DNA from: Armatimonadota bacterium
Lineage (GTDB): Bacteria; Armatimonadota; Zipacnadia; Zipacnadales; UBA11051
Length of the DNA stretch: 64,000 bases
Reading direction: 5' to 3'
Assembly: GCA_013178155.1 (NCBI GenBank)
Contig: JABLXH010000006.1
Coordinates: forward strand, 37,292 to 101,291
Every line of letters begins with the position of its first letter. Position 1 is the first letter of the stretch. Of this stretch, positions 45,335-54,444 are shown piece after piece. Position numbers and translations under genes: made by a program. Below the pieces are notes generated by a model. It was not told where the DNA came from. It did not search any database and saw only the letters and a program-made list of their open reading frames with translations.

Positions 45335-46252
45335 TTACTGGAGCTCGCGGCTCAGAGCGTAAGTCCAGTCCACAGCACGGTAGCCGCAGTTGCTGTAGAA
45401 CAGACAGGCGCGGTGGTTGGTCCAGCTCGTGCTGATGACGGCTCGCCGGTACCCGGCGCCGCGCAGTTCGCAAAGCGCCGTCTGCAGTAGCCAGCGCCCC
45501 AGGCCCCGCCCCTGGGCCTCGGCCTCGACGCCCAGCCACTTGGTCAGGCAGCCGTCCTGCGCCGCCTCGGCTGGCGAGTACTCGCCGCAGGACTGGTTGA
45601 TGCAGAGACCCAGTTGCCGGCCTTCCTGCAGGGCGCGAAGCGTAAGGCCCGGGAGGCGGCCACGGCCGGGCGTCCACTCGGTCACCAGGTCCACGGGCAG
45701 CGGCGGTGGGCCGGGCGGGCCGGGCGCGAAGTTGGGCCACTCCAGGTACACCTCCCCAGCGCAGCGCTGGTACCCGTTCATGCCCAACAGGGCATGGATG
45801 TGTTCCAGCCGATCGGACAGGTAGGCATGTCCCATGTGGTAGAAGGGATGGCGGTAGTCCTGGTGGAAGGCCATGACCGCGGTGACCCCCTGGTCGCGGA
45901 GATGGTCCTGCGCCGCCTCCAGCAGCGCCTGGCCGGCGGCCCGGTGGCCCCGCGCGTACCACAGGGCGCGGAGGATGCCCCGTTCGCGCTCTGCAGGGCG
46001 CTCCGGCAGTTCCACCGCCGCCTGGGCCCAGCCAACGACGGCGTCGCCCTCCAGGGCTACCAGGCCTGTGTTGGCGCGGAGGCGCTGGTGTGCGGCACCC
46101 TCGCCCAGCGCGGCCGCGAAATCGGTCGCCGTCACCGGATAGCAGTAGGGCAGACCAGCCACCAGATCATTGTAAGTCGCGGCCAAAGCGGCCGCATGTG
46201 CGCGTTCATAGCCGATGACTCGTACCATGCCGTCACTTTCGCCGACAGGCAT
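45335..46252 (-). CDS. GNAT-family N-acetyltransferase (tandem GNAT-like halves)
   Basis: RGRGLGRWLLQTALCELRGAGYRRAVIST is an acetyl-CoA-binding motif. The start is chosen at MPVGESDGMVRV; 46228 is an alternative. Confidence 0.45.
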   Translation of the reverse strand: MPVGESDGMVRVIGYERAHAAALAATYNDLVAGLPYCYPVTATDFAAALGEGAAHQRLRANTGLVALEGDAVVGWAQAAVELPERPAERERGILRALWYARGHRAAGQALLEAAQDHLRDQGVTAVMAFHQDYRHPFYHMGHAYLSDRLEHIHALLGMNGYQRCAGEVYLEWPNFAPGPPGPPPLPVDLVTEWTPGRGRLPGLTLRALQEGRQLGLCINQSCGEYSPAEAAQDGCLTKWLGVEAEAQGRGLGRWLLQTALCELRGAGYRRAVISTSWTNHRACLFYSNCGYRAVDWTYALSRELQ

Positions 46253-46319
46253 CCATATCCTGCCGGGCGATAGGCCCCCGTGGGAACGCCGGTTCTGATT
46301 GCCGAAGGAGGAGAGACTG

Positions 46320-47510
46320 GTGACAAGCCACAACCCTGCTGCCAGTCCAGAGGCGCTGGCTCCGGTTCTGCCCATCCTCGACGCCTTTGTCGCCGAGACT
46401 CTGCCCGGCGGGGGCATTGACGGCAGCAGAAGCCTCTGGCAGGCTCCCGGACGGGGCGCGGGCAACTCCCTGTTCCCCGGTGACGTGGATGTGCGCTACC
46501 TGCGCTTCCTCGTCGAGGGGCTGTACCGGGCCGCCGGACCGCTGCGGCGGGACGGCTACCGGGACGTGGCGGACGCCCATGTCCGCTGGATGGCCGGGGC
46601 CATGCGGCCGAATCACCCCTCGTGGGCCCTCGGGAACGCGCTGGAGATGATTGGTGTCCACCATGTCTTCCGCCCGCGAGATGAGGGGCTGGTGGCCGCC
46701 GCGCGACAGATGGTGGCGTGGCTGAACGAGCGACGGGTGCAGGTCACAACCACCGATGGAGTCAGCTTCTGGCACTACCCGTGCGGCTATGGTGTCCTCG
46801 ATGCCCAGGATGCTGGCTGGACCAATGACCTGAGCATGGTGGGGTCAGGACTGGTGTGGGCCCATGAGGTCACCGGCGACGCGGCGATGCTGGAGAGCGC
46901 GGCGAGTTTCGCCGAGTACTTTGTCCAGCCCTGGCGGCCCAACGCACTGGGGGCTGACGGTTACTGGCAATGCGGCACCTTCCGTGAGGACCTCGGCTCG
47001 TGGGTGGTGGGTCCGGCACATTTCAGCGGCTTTGAGAGCACCGACGCCTACGCGGACGAGGTCTCCTGGGTCTTCTCCACTATGACCTGCACGGACTTCC
47101 TGGTGAAGCTGTACCGCCACCGCCCGGACCCGCGCTACCTGGATTGCTGCGTTGCGGCGGCACTATGGACCTTCCGCCAGGCCCAGTTCGACGACGGCGG
47201 GGTGGGGATGTGTGGGCGCGATGATAAATGGCTGGGTCTGACCGGCAATGCCGTCAGCCAGGTTGCGATGCTGCTCCCGCTGCTTCCGCATACGCATCGC
47301 GACCGGGCGGAACTGGTGGCGGGCGCCCGCCTGGCCTGGTCCTATCTCGAGGCCCACTTGCCCGGTGCTTCGCTGGGGAGCCACGGGGTGGAATGGGTCA
47401 CCGGCACCACGTCCACCGACCCGCTGGTGAACGTGGGCATGCTCTGGGCCGCCGCGGTCCTGGGGTGGCTGAACGGGCTGGAGGCGCTGGAACATCCTAC
47501 TCCAGGCTGA
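46320..47510 (+). CDS. hypothetical protein
   Basis: Trimmed to GTG at 46320, with GAAGGAGGAG 6 nt upstream. 396 aa and cytoplasmic-looking. Confidence 0.4.
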   Translation: MTSHNPAASPEALAPVLPILDAFVAETLPGGGIDGSRSLWQAPGRGAGNSLFPGDVDVRYLRFLVEGLYRAAGPLRRDGYRDVADAHVRWMAGAMRPNHPSWALGNALEMIGVHHVFRPRDEGLVAAARQMVAWLNERRVQVTTTDGVSFWHYPCGYGVLDAQDAGWTNDLSMVGSGLVWAHEVTGDAAMLESAASFAEYFVQPWRPNALGADGYWQCGTFREDLGSWVVGPAHFSGFESTDAYADEVSWVFSTMTCTDFLVKLYRHRPDPRYLDCCVAAALWTFRQAQFDDGGVGMCGRDDKWLGLTGNAVSQVAMLLPLLPHTHRDRAELVAGARLAWSYLEAHLPGASLGSHGVEWVTGTTSTDPLVNVGMLWAAAVLGWLNGLEALEHPTPG

Positions 47511-50466
47511 TCTCCTGCACCTCGAAAGCGTGGGGCTTGGTGCGGTCCTCGCCATAGAGCCAGGCCCCGAAACACAGGTTGATGTCCTGGACGTTCTCCG
47601 GGTGCAGGCGGTCATTCGGCCCGCCGCGTCCGCCCTGGGGCTCGCGCCAGTGGCTGAAGTACCGGAAGGCTGAGAGCGGCAGTCGAATGGCCTGCCACTC
47701 GGTGGTCAGCGGCACATCCATCGTCCCCCAGGGCGAGCCGTCACGCTCGATGAGCACCAGTTCCACGCGGTTAGTCTGGGGATGGACTGCGCGGGCCTTG
47801 ATGACCACGAACCGGGCGCGCCCCATCTCCGCCCGCCAGTGGTCCAACTCCGGGTTGAGGGTGAGGCGGTAGGCTGCCGAGTCCGGTGGCTGGGCGAAGT
47901 CCGGCGCCATGACACGGTAGGCATCCACCCCGTCGTCCATACCCGGCACCACCGCGTGGGCGGTCTCCCGGCCGTTGACGACCACATGGCGTTCGGCCGG
48001 CCGCGCCAGCACGAAGGGCGCGTCGGCGGCCGCCACGTCCAGAGTCCAGGCTTCCGGCACCCACACAAGGCGCACATCACTGACCTCGACCCAATGCGAC
48101 TCATCTCGCAACGTCCCCAGGTACCAGGCTCCGGCCACGAACACGACCCGGTTGATGAGCTCGGGGCGGGGAGACTTTGCGGTCGTGCCCCACATGGGGC
48201 TGAGCTGGCTGAGCGGGACCGTGGTCTCATGCCACCCGGGTCCCAGGACGAAGTTGCGCCCGAAAGCATTGCCATCGCTTTGGCCCAGGCTGACCTCGAC
48301 GGCCGGCGTGTTCGGCCCGCCCCGCGCCACCACGCTGACGGCGTTATAGTAGCCGATGTCCTCCGGCAACTGGTCCACGGGCACCTCGGCCGAGATGCAG
48401 CCGGTCTCGCCAAACCCTTCGGCTTCGAGGCGAAGGGCCCGGTGGTCGGGTCCGCGGCCTGGCACGAGCGCAGACGCAAACGCGCGACCTGCCGGTCCCG
48501 TATACCGGACGGGTGGAGCCTCCGTCAGCCCGGCGAGGCGCAGCAAGCCGAACTGACGGGGTGCCGGCGTCGAGGCCTCGGGAGCTTCGGGACGCCCGCC
48601 AGGGAAGGTGCGGGTACCCTCCGCTGTCTCGACCGTCAGCGCCAGATGCGCCCGCCCCGCCCGGAGGGCGCCGGCGGGGACCGTGACCGTGTACTCGTAG
48701 GCTCGCGCGCGTTGCATCGGGTAGAGGGCGAACTGGTCGCGGCCCGCTGTCTGAACGTGCAGCGTGCAGCCTGCGTCGCCGGGGGCCGCGACCGTGGCGC
48801 GAACAGTCAGCGGCTTCCCCTCGCGCCAGGTCGGCGGGGCCTCCAGAAAGGCCGTGGGAGGAGCCTCGCTGGACGGCGGGGCGATGAACTCGGTCAGCGT
48901 CACGTCATCCGGCGGTGGAACGCCCGCCCGCAGCAGCAGGTAGTTGCCCGGCCGCACCCGCACTTCCGGACCCGTCTGGGCCAGCGCTGCGTCATCGCCG
49001 CCCAGGCGAGTCAGGCGGAAGCCATCACCCAGGTCCGGCAGGCGCAGGCTCATCCGGTGGCTCTGCCACAGCACCCGCGTCTTCTCCTTACTGCCCCCGG
49101 TGTAGGCATCGGCGACCGGCACGGCATCCGGGTACACCTGAAGCTGCCACACCCCCGGCGCCAGGCGGTCCAGGAAGTAGGCCCCCGTGCCCTCATAGGT
49201 CACCAGCGGCGACGACCCACGGCCCCACACCCGTGCCAGCCGCTCCGGGCTGGGCGGCACTGTCGGAGTGTCGTTGGCATAGAGAAAGCTGTCGGCGGTG
49301 ACGTACTCGCTCAGGTCGGCGGCGGGATCGAGGCGGCAGTTGCTGAAGTGCAGGTTGCCAGGATACGCGCCGAACGGCTTGAGCCGCGGCGTGTGGCGGA
49401 ACACCTCGGCAGCGATGGCGAGACTCAGGGCCTTGCCGGGAGTGTAGATCAGGTTGAGGTAGTGGGTCTGCCAGTTGACGTTGGTGTCGGCCAGAGCCGT
49501 GACGTCGTATTGGAACTGGGTGGCGATCTGCGCCCCGCCGCTGCGGAAGGCCCGCGCCATGGCCGGGTACATGACGGTCCCCGGCACGTCCGCAGCGTCA
49601 AACTCGTAGATGATCTTGGCCTTGGTCGCCAGCAGCGGGTCGCGCATGGACGGGTAGTCATCCACCCGCGGCAGGTAGTTGCCGCGCAGCGCTGCACCTG
49701 AAGCGAGGCCGGTGGGGTACCAGCCGAAGCTGACCCCATCCAGGGTCGAGGCCGCCGCCGCTTTGTGCTTGGGCCCCCAGCAGTTGTAGAAGATCGGCTT
49801 GCGGCAGCCAGTCTCGCGCACGGCGGCGCAGAGTGTGTTGATGTACTGCGTGACCGTCTCATCCATGATGTCGGGGTCGTAGGTCGGCTCGTTGATGAGC
49901 TCGAGGGCCACGATGGCCGGGTCGTCCTTGTAGGCCTGGCCGGTGTAGCGGTTCACGTGGTTGAGATACTGCCGCAAGTAGTTGGCCTGAGCCTGCCAGG
50001 CCTGCGGGTTGCGGGTCATCTGGTGCATGGGATAGACCGACGAGAAGCCCGTCTCGCCCTCGGGCGTCCCCCACCAGGCGATGGGCGTCATGACGCTGTA
50101 GATGCCTCGCCTGGCGCACTCGCTAATGAGCAGGTCCAGCAGCCGCAGGTGCTCATTGTCCCGCAGGTTGCCCGCCGCGTCGCTCATCTCCCGGTCCCAG
50201 CAGTGCAGGCGGATGGCAGTCAGCCCCAGCCGCGCGAAGTGGGCCACGTCCTCGCGAATGCACTGGTCGCGGTCTATGCCTCGCAGTCCGAGCTGGTGGT
50301 AGTCAATGCTGAAGGGGACGTAGTAGTTGACGCCAAAGAGGGCCACCTCGCTGCCATCGTCCTGCCAGCGAAGCACCCCCGCCTCATCCACGCGGGCCGT
50401 ACGCTCCGCCGGGGCGGCCAAGGCGGCTGGGGCCAGGAAGACGGCAAGAAGCGGTAGCAAGGGCAT
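47497..50466 (-). CDS. large secreted clan GH-A glycoside hydrolase (GH5-like catalytic domain plus about 600 aa of beta-sandwich/CBM-like C-terminal domains)
   Basis: Trimmed to MPLLPLLAVFLAPAALAA with GGAGG upstream. ELINEPTYDPD is the NEP acid/base motif. Confidence 0.5.
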   Translation of the reverse strand: MPLLPLLAVFLAPAALAAPAERTARVDEAGVLRWQDDGSEVALFGVNYYVPFSIDYHQLGLRGIDRDQCIREDVAHFARLGLTAIRLHCWDREMSDAAGNLRDNEHLRLLDLLISECARRGIYSVMTPIAWWGTPEGETGFSSVYPMHQMTRNPQAWQAQANYLRQYLNHVNRYTGQAYKDDPAIVALELINEPTYDPDIMDETVTQYINTLCAAVRETGCRKPIFYNCWGPKHKAAAASTLDGVSFGWYPTGLASGAALRGNYLPRVDDYPSMRDPLLATKAKIIYEFDAADVPGTVMYPAMARAFRSGGAQIATQFQYDVTALADTNVNWQTHYLNLIYTPGKALSLAIAAEVFRHTPRLKPFGAYPGNLHFSNCRLDPAADLSEYVTADSFLYANDTPTVPPSPERLARVWGRGSSPLVTYEGTGAYFLDRLAPGVWQLQVYPDAVPVADAYTGGSKEKTRVLWQSHRMSLRLPDLGDGFRLTRLGGDDAALAQTGPEVRVRPGNYLLLRAGVPPPDDVTLTEFIAPPSSEAPPTAFLEAPPTWREGKPLTVRATVAAPGDAGCTLHVQTAGRDQFALYPMQRARAYEYTVTVPAGALRAGRAHLALTVETAEGTRTFPGGRPEAPEASTPAPRQFGLLRLAGLTEAPPVRYTGPAGRAFASALVPGRGPDHRALRLEAEGFGETGCISAEVPVDQLPEDIGYYNAVSVVARGGPNTPAVEVSLGQSDGNAFGRNFVLGPGWHETTVPLSQLSPMWGTTAKSPRPELINRVVFVAGAWYLGTLRDESHWVEVSDVRLVWVPEAWTLDVAAADAPFVLARPAERHVVVNGRETAHAVVPGMDDGVDAYRVMAPDFAQPPDSAAYRLTLNPELDHWRAEMGRARFVVIKARAVHPQTNRVELVLIERDGSPWGTMDVPLTTEWQAIRLPLSAFRYFSHWREPQGGRGGPNDRLHPENVQDINLCFGAWLYGEDRTKPHAFEVQEISLE

Positions 50467-50586
50467 AGCGGGCCTCCGGGGGCAAGTAGCGAGGGGAGGT
50501 TCGCGGGAAGAGGGGAGGGGTCCTGCCAACTCAGGCTACGTCCGCACGGGCGGGACTACCCCACGGTGCCGCCGGTAGGCGTTCCT

Positions 50587-51459
50587 CTAGTCTCGAAGCT
50601 CAAGGGCAAACAACCCAGCCAAGTTCTCGGGGATGCCAGCTTTCGTCCACTCCTCGCGGGACGGATCGCCGTTGCCCCCTTGGACGAAGCACCACCTGCC
50701 TTCTCGGACCCCATAGACTGCCCACGCGTCCGACCAGAAGATCTCATGGCCGGTCCAGTAGAGACCGGGGTCAATGGTAGCGGGAAAGAAGGAGTAGAAG
50801 TGACCAGCCACTATCTCCGTAACCTGCAGCAGCCAATCGTGACCGAAGCGCCCAAGCGCGAACCTCACTGGATCGGGGTCACCTCGCTCCCATTGCTCGG
50901 TAGACTCCAGGTCCGTTACGACCCGAGCCACAACACTCGGCGGCTCATAGTGCACGAGAACGCGTGCCTGTTGCCCGCCAGAGGTGAGCAGTACAGACGG
51001 AATGCCCGCGACTTGAGCGCATGGCCCCGGTACAGCTGTCGGGTCGCTGTAGATATCGCCTTCGTCCTCATCGCTATCAATGTACCTGACTTTGACCCCC
51101 AGTAACCCGGCAACAGACCGCAGGGGAACACACGTAATGCCGTCGCGCTCGAAGGGGGCTTGCGGCATCAGGAATATACCCTCTTTGGTGGTTGCTGCCT
51201 TTGACCCTAAGCGCATCTGCACCAGCTCTCCACTTAGCATGATTCGGATGTTCTGATCCTGCCATGTGACAGCGGCGCCGACCCATTCCGCTATCCCCCG
51301 AAGCGGCACCATGACATGATCACCCATCAGGTAGCCATGAACGTCGGTCAGTATCGCGAAACGGCCGACGTCATTGGCCTGGACTGGCAACCCCTTGCTC
51401 ACAGCCACCACACAAACCAATACGCAGATCCAAGAGCCCCTGAGTCTCGCTGGCCTCAT
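50587..51459 (-). CDS. secreted protein with a copper-amine-oxidase N-terminal-like (stalk) domain
   Basis: MVPLRGIAEWVGAAVTWQDQNIRI resembles the Cu_amine_oxidN1 motif (VPLR.VAE.LGA.V.WD). Local GC is about 53%. Confidence 0.4.
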   Translation of the reverse strand: MRPARLRGSWICVLVCVVAVSKGLPVQANDVGRFAILTDVHGYLMGDHVMVPLRGIAEWVGAAVTWQDQNIRIMLSGELVQMRLGSKAATTKEGIFLMPQAPFERDGITCVPLRSVAGLLGVKVRYIDSDEDEGDIYSDPTAVPGPCAQVAGIPSVLLTSGGQQARVLVHYEPPSVVARVVTDLESTEQWERGDPDPVRFALGRFGHDWLLQVTEIVAGHFYSFFPATIDPGLYWTGHEIFWSDAWAVYGVREGRWCFVQGGNGDPSREEWTKAGIPENLAGLFALELRD

Positions 51460-51480
51460 TTGCTCACGTCCTCCGTGCCT

Positions 51481-52050
51481 TCATGGGGCCTGCCACTCGA
51501 TTGCACCGTCTCCATCGTAGAGGGTAATTGTCGACTCAGGTGTCGTCAAGAAGGTCCCATTTGCCTGTAGCGAAGTAGTGCGTCCTATTCGGGCTCTGGT
51601 TGTGCCTTGTGCATCGGAGGTATACAGCACAGGGCTCTCATCGGCCTCGATCACGAGTGATGCCCGGGTCTTGCCCGCGGCGTCAAACAGCGCAAGGTGG
51701 GGAAACCCACCGGCCTTGGTGCCGAGCAACACTCGGCGCCCGCCGCCGGTGTCGAACAGCGACAGGCTGGAGCCACCATCGTCCCTGGTCGTCAGTTCGG
51801 CACGGCGTTTCCCGGCGGCATCAACGAGGAACAGGCCAAGAGTGTTGTAGTCCCAAGTCGCGAGCATCGCCCGCGTCTCGCCCCTATTGTCGACCAGCTC
51901 AAAGCGTCTCGCCCGGACTGTTTCGTGCACCGCCCCACCCCCCTGCGCCAGGGCGGGGGCGCCGCGCAGCGCCAGGTTCGACACCGCCCCGCCCAGAAAC
52001 CCCGAAACAGCCGTCAGCACAGCAAGGACTCGGAACTGCTTGCCGTTCAT
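51481..52050 (-). CDS. secreted hypothetical protein with about five short internal beta-strand repeats
   Basis: Trimmed to MNGKQFRVLAVLTAVSG (GGGGAGGAG RBS). Repeats FELVDNRGETRAMLAT / LFLVDAAGKRRAELTT / LSLFDTGGGRRVLLGT / LALFDAAGKTRASLVI. Confidence 0.4.
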   Translation of the reverse strand: MNGKQFRVLAVLTAVSGFLGGAVSNLALRGAPALAQGGGAVHETVRARRFELVDNRGETRAMLATWDYNTLGLFLVDAAGKRRAELTTRDDGGSSLSLFDTGGGRRVLLGTKAGGFPHLALFDAAGKTRASLVIEADESPVLYTSDAQGTTRARIGRTTSLQANGTFLTTPESTITLYDGDGAIEWQAP

Positions 52051-52221
52051 CGTGCTCCTCCCCGAAGCTCTTGTCACTGATGACAGCTTCTCCCAGGACG
52101 GTGCCAATGCACACCTGCTGGCCCCATCTGAAGTTCGCAGCCTGAGCGCAGGTCTCCTGCCACTCTGTAGCGAAGTCATACCCGGTATGAGAGACTTTCA
52201 GAGCGCCGGGGAAGGTGAGCC

Positions 52222-52908
52222 ATGTACTGCAGCCAGTGTGGCGCGAAGAACGATGAGGCGGCGCGGTTCTGCAGCTCCTGCGGGGCGGCGATGCAGCCAG
52301 GCATGGCTCCCGCGCGGCAGACCACCGGAGCTACACTGGCGATCGTTGCGGCGCTGGTGGTGGCAGTGATCGTCGGCGGAGTGATCCTGTACCAGCGATC
52401 AGGTCCGGCGGACCGGCTGCCGACCGAAGACGTGGGCGCGGCCATTCCCGCACCGGACCAGCCGTCGGGTGAAGTGGGTGATGCGGAACCCCCTACGGGC
52501 CTGGCTCCGACTCCTGGTGAGTCGGTGACTCCACCGGAGGAGGCCACGACGGAGACCGAGGAGGAGCCGTCGCCGGTGCCCGCCGCGGACAAGGTGGCCG
52601 AGGCGACGGTGGCGCTGGAGAACTACCTGGCGGCGGACCTGGGGCATGACGGCGCGGAGATGGCCAAGTACCTGGGCGGCCAGGCCGCCGCGCGCTTCCG
52701 CCCCGAGGTCGTGGGTCAGGAAGACCTGACCGTCCACAGCAAGCAGATCAGCAGCCACACCGTCAAGGACGCCAACACCATCGTCTTTGTGGTGACGGTG
52801 AAGTGGTCGCCCAGCGACAGCGACGAGGTCATGACCGACCAGGAGCGCTATGTGGTGCGCCGTACCGACCGGGGCTGGAAGATCACCAGCACCCCGGAGT
52901 ACCCATGA
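52222..52908 (+). CDS. zinc-ribbon (CxxC-x12-CxxC), single TM, Pro/Glu-rich linker, extracytoplasmic domain protein
   Basis: MYCSQCGAKNDEAARFCSSCGA, then TM LAIVAALVVAVIVGGVILY, an acidic P/E/T linker, and a globular C-terminal domain. Confidence 0.5.
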   Translation: MYCSQCGAKNDEAARFCSSCGAAMQPGMAPARQTTGATLAIVAALVVAVIVGGVILYQRSGPADRLPTEDVGAAIPAPDQPSGEVGDAEPPTGLAPTPGESVTPPEEATTETEEEPSPVPAADKVAEATVALENYLAADLGHDGAEMAKYLGGQAAARFRPEVVGQEDLTVHSKQISSHTVKDANTIVFVVTVKWSPSDSDEVMTDQERYVVRRTDRGWKITSTPEYP

Positions 52909-52921
52909 CCGACTGGCCGCC

Positions 52922-52951
52922 GGGCCCGCCTTGACTCGCGGCCACTGCTCA
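52922..52951 (+). promoter_or_regulatory. sigma70-like promoter upstream of sat (-35 TTGACT, 18-nt spacer, -10 TATCAT)
   Basis: Read directly. About 220 nt upstream of the sat ATG. Confidence 0.35.
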
Positions 52952-52963
52952 CCGTATCATTAC

Positions 52964-52987
52964 TGCTGGCCCATGCACTCCTACCGG
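52964..52987 (+). promoter_or_regulatory. perfect 10-4-10 palindrome CATGCACTCC-tacc-GGAGTGCATG just after the -10; candidate operator or leader hairpin
   Basis: Read directly. It also lies about 55 nt after the stop of the 52222..52908 gene, so a terminator role is possible. Confidence 0.4.
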
Positions 52988-53170
52988 AGTGCATGGCTGT
53001 GTGATTGCAGGTAGACCGTGCTGTCGGCGAGCGTGGCGCAGGTTGCCGACCTCTGTTGCATCTCCCGGCCGCTCACACCTTTCCGCTCGGCCACGACCGT
53101 GGGGCGCTGCGGCGCCCCCGGGGACGGCCATGCATCCAGCCGACAACATTGTGCCGGAGGAGGCACTTCG

Positions 53171-54328
53171 ATGATCGAGGCCCATGGTGGCAAACTGGTA
53201 GACCGCGTACTGACGGGGACTGCACTGGAGGAGGCCAAAGCCAGGGCGGCATCGCTGCCGAAACTGGTCGTGAACTACGACACCGCCCGCGACGCGCAGA
53301 ACATCGCGCGGGGCGTTTTCTCGCCGCTGGAGGGGTTCATCGGCAGCGAGGATCTGGCTAGCATCCTGGCCGGCTACCGGCTGAGAAGCGGCGTCGCCTG
53401 GACAATCCCCATCATGCTGGACGTTCCGGAGCGAGACAGCGTCCCCGTGGGCGACATTGCCCTCTATCAGGAAGGCCATGAGGACCCGTTGGCCATCTAC
53501 CACGTGACCGAGGTCTATCCCTGGGACAAGACCAAGACGGCGCAGGTGGTATTTGGGACCACGGAGACCGACCATCCGGGCGTGCGATGGCTCTTTGAGC
53601 GCGGTGATTACCTGGTCGGCGGGACCATTGATCTGATTGACAACGACCGCGGGCCCTATGCGGCCTACAATCTCTTCCCCGCCGAAACCCGAAGGGTATT
53701 CGAGGAGAAGGGCTGGAGGACGGTGGTCGCCTTCCAGACTCGCAACGTCCCCCATGCCGGGCACGAGGACCTGCAGAAGACCGTTCTGGGTCTCTGCGAC
53801 GGCCTGCTCATCCAGCCGCTCATCGGCAAGAAGAAGCCCGGCGATTTCAAGGACGAGGTCATTCTCGAGGCCTACAAGGTGCTCATTGAGAAGTATTTCG
53901 CGCCGGACCACGTCTTCCTGAATATCCTGCCGACCGAGATGCGCTACGGCGGCCCCAAAGAGGCTATCCTGCACGCCATCATGCGCAAGAACTACGGGTG
54001 CACCCACATCATCATCGGCCGCGACCATGCCGGTGTCAGTCGCCCGGACAAGACCCCCTACTACGGCGAGGAAGAGGCCATTGAGTTCTTCGACAACTTT
54101 GACGATCTGGTGATCAAGCCGATCGTCATTCGTGGGGATTTCTGGTACTGCAAGACGTGCGCCCGCGTCGCGAGCAATCGCAACTGCCCGCATGGCGAGG
54201 ACAGCCAGATTCCGTTCTCGGGCACCATCATCCGTCGTGGCATCTCCGACGGCGAGCCGGTCCCGGTGGAGATCATGCGGCCGGAGGTCCTGGAGGTCAT
54301 CCGGAAGTTCCCGGAGCCGTTCGTGTAG
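53171..54328 (+). CDS. sat: sulfate adenylyltransferase (ATP sulfurylase)
   Basis: QTRNVPHAGHE and GRDHAG motifs. ATG at 53171 with GGAGGAGG upstream. The track's upstream extension is rejected. Confidence 0.85.
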   Translation: MIEAHGGKLVDRVLTGTALEEAKARAASLPKLVVNYDTARDAQNIARGVFSPLEGFIGSEDLASILAGYRLRSGVAWTIPIMLDVPERDSVPVGDIALYQEGHEDPLAIYHVTEVYPWDKTKTAQVVFGTTETDHPGVRWLFERGDYLVGGTIDLIDNDRGPYAAYNLFPAETRRVFEEKGWRTVVAFQTRNVPHAGHEDLQKTVLGLCDGLLIQPLIGKKKPGDFKDEVILEAYKVLIEKYFAPDHVFLNILPTEMRYGGPKEAILHAIMRKNYGCTHIIIGRDHAGVSRPDKTPYYGEEEAIEFFDNFDDLVIKPIVIRGDFWYCKTCARVASNRNCPHGEDSQIPFSGTIIRRGISDGEPVPVEIMRPEVLEVIRKFPEPFV

Positions 54329-54444
54329 AGCTGGAGCCGCTGGCAGGAGCGCTCACCAGAGCGCGAGGCCGTTGCGGTCGCGCAGCGCCTCGGGTGGGCA
54401 CTCCCACTGGGCGTCTGGCTTGTGTTGCTGTCTGGAGGTAACCA

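Noticed and set aside
53018-53170. Upstream extension of sat given in the ORF track (start 53018).
   Set aside because: It has no similarity to ATP sulfurylase and runs through the promoter and palindrome region. The homologous protein starts at MIEAHGG with a strong RBS at 53171.
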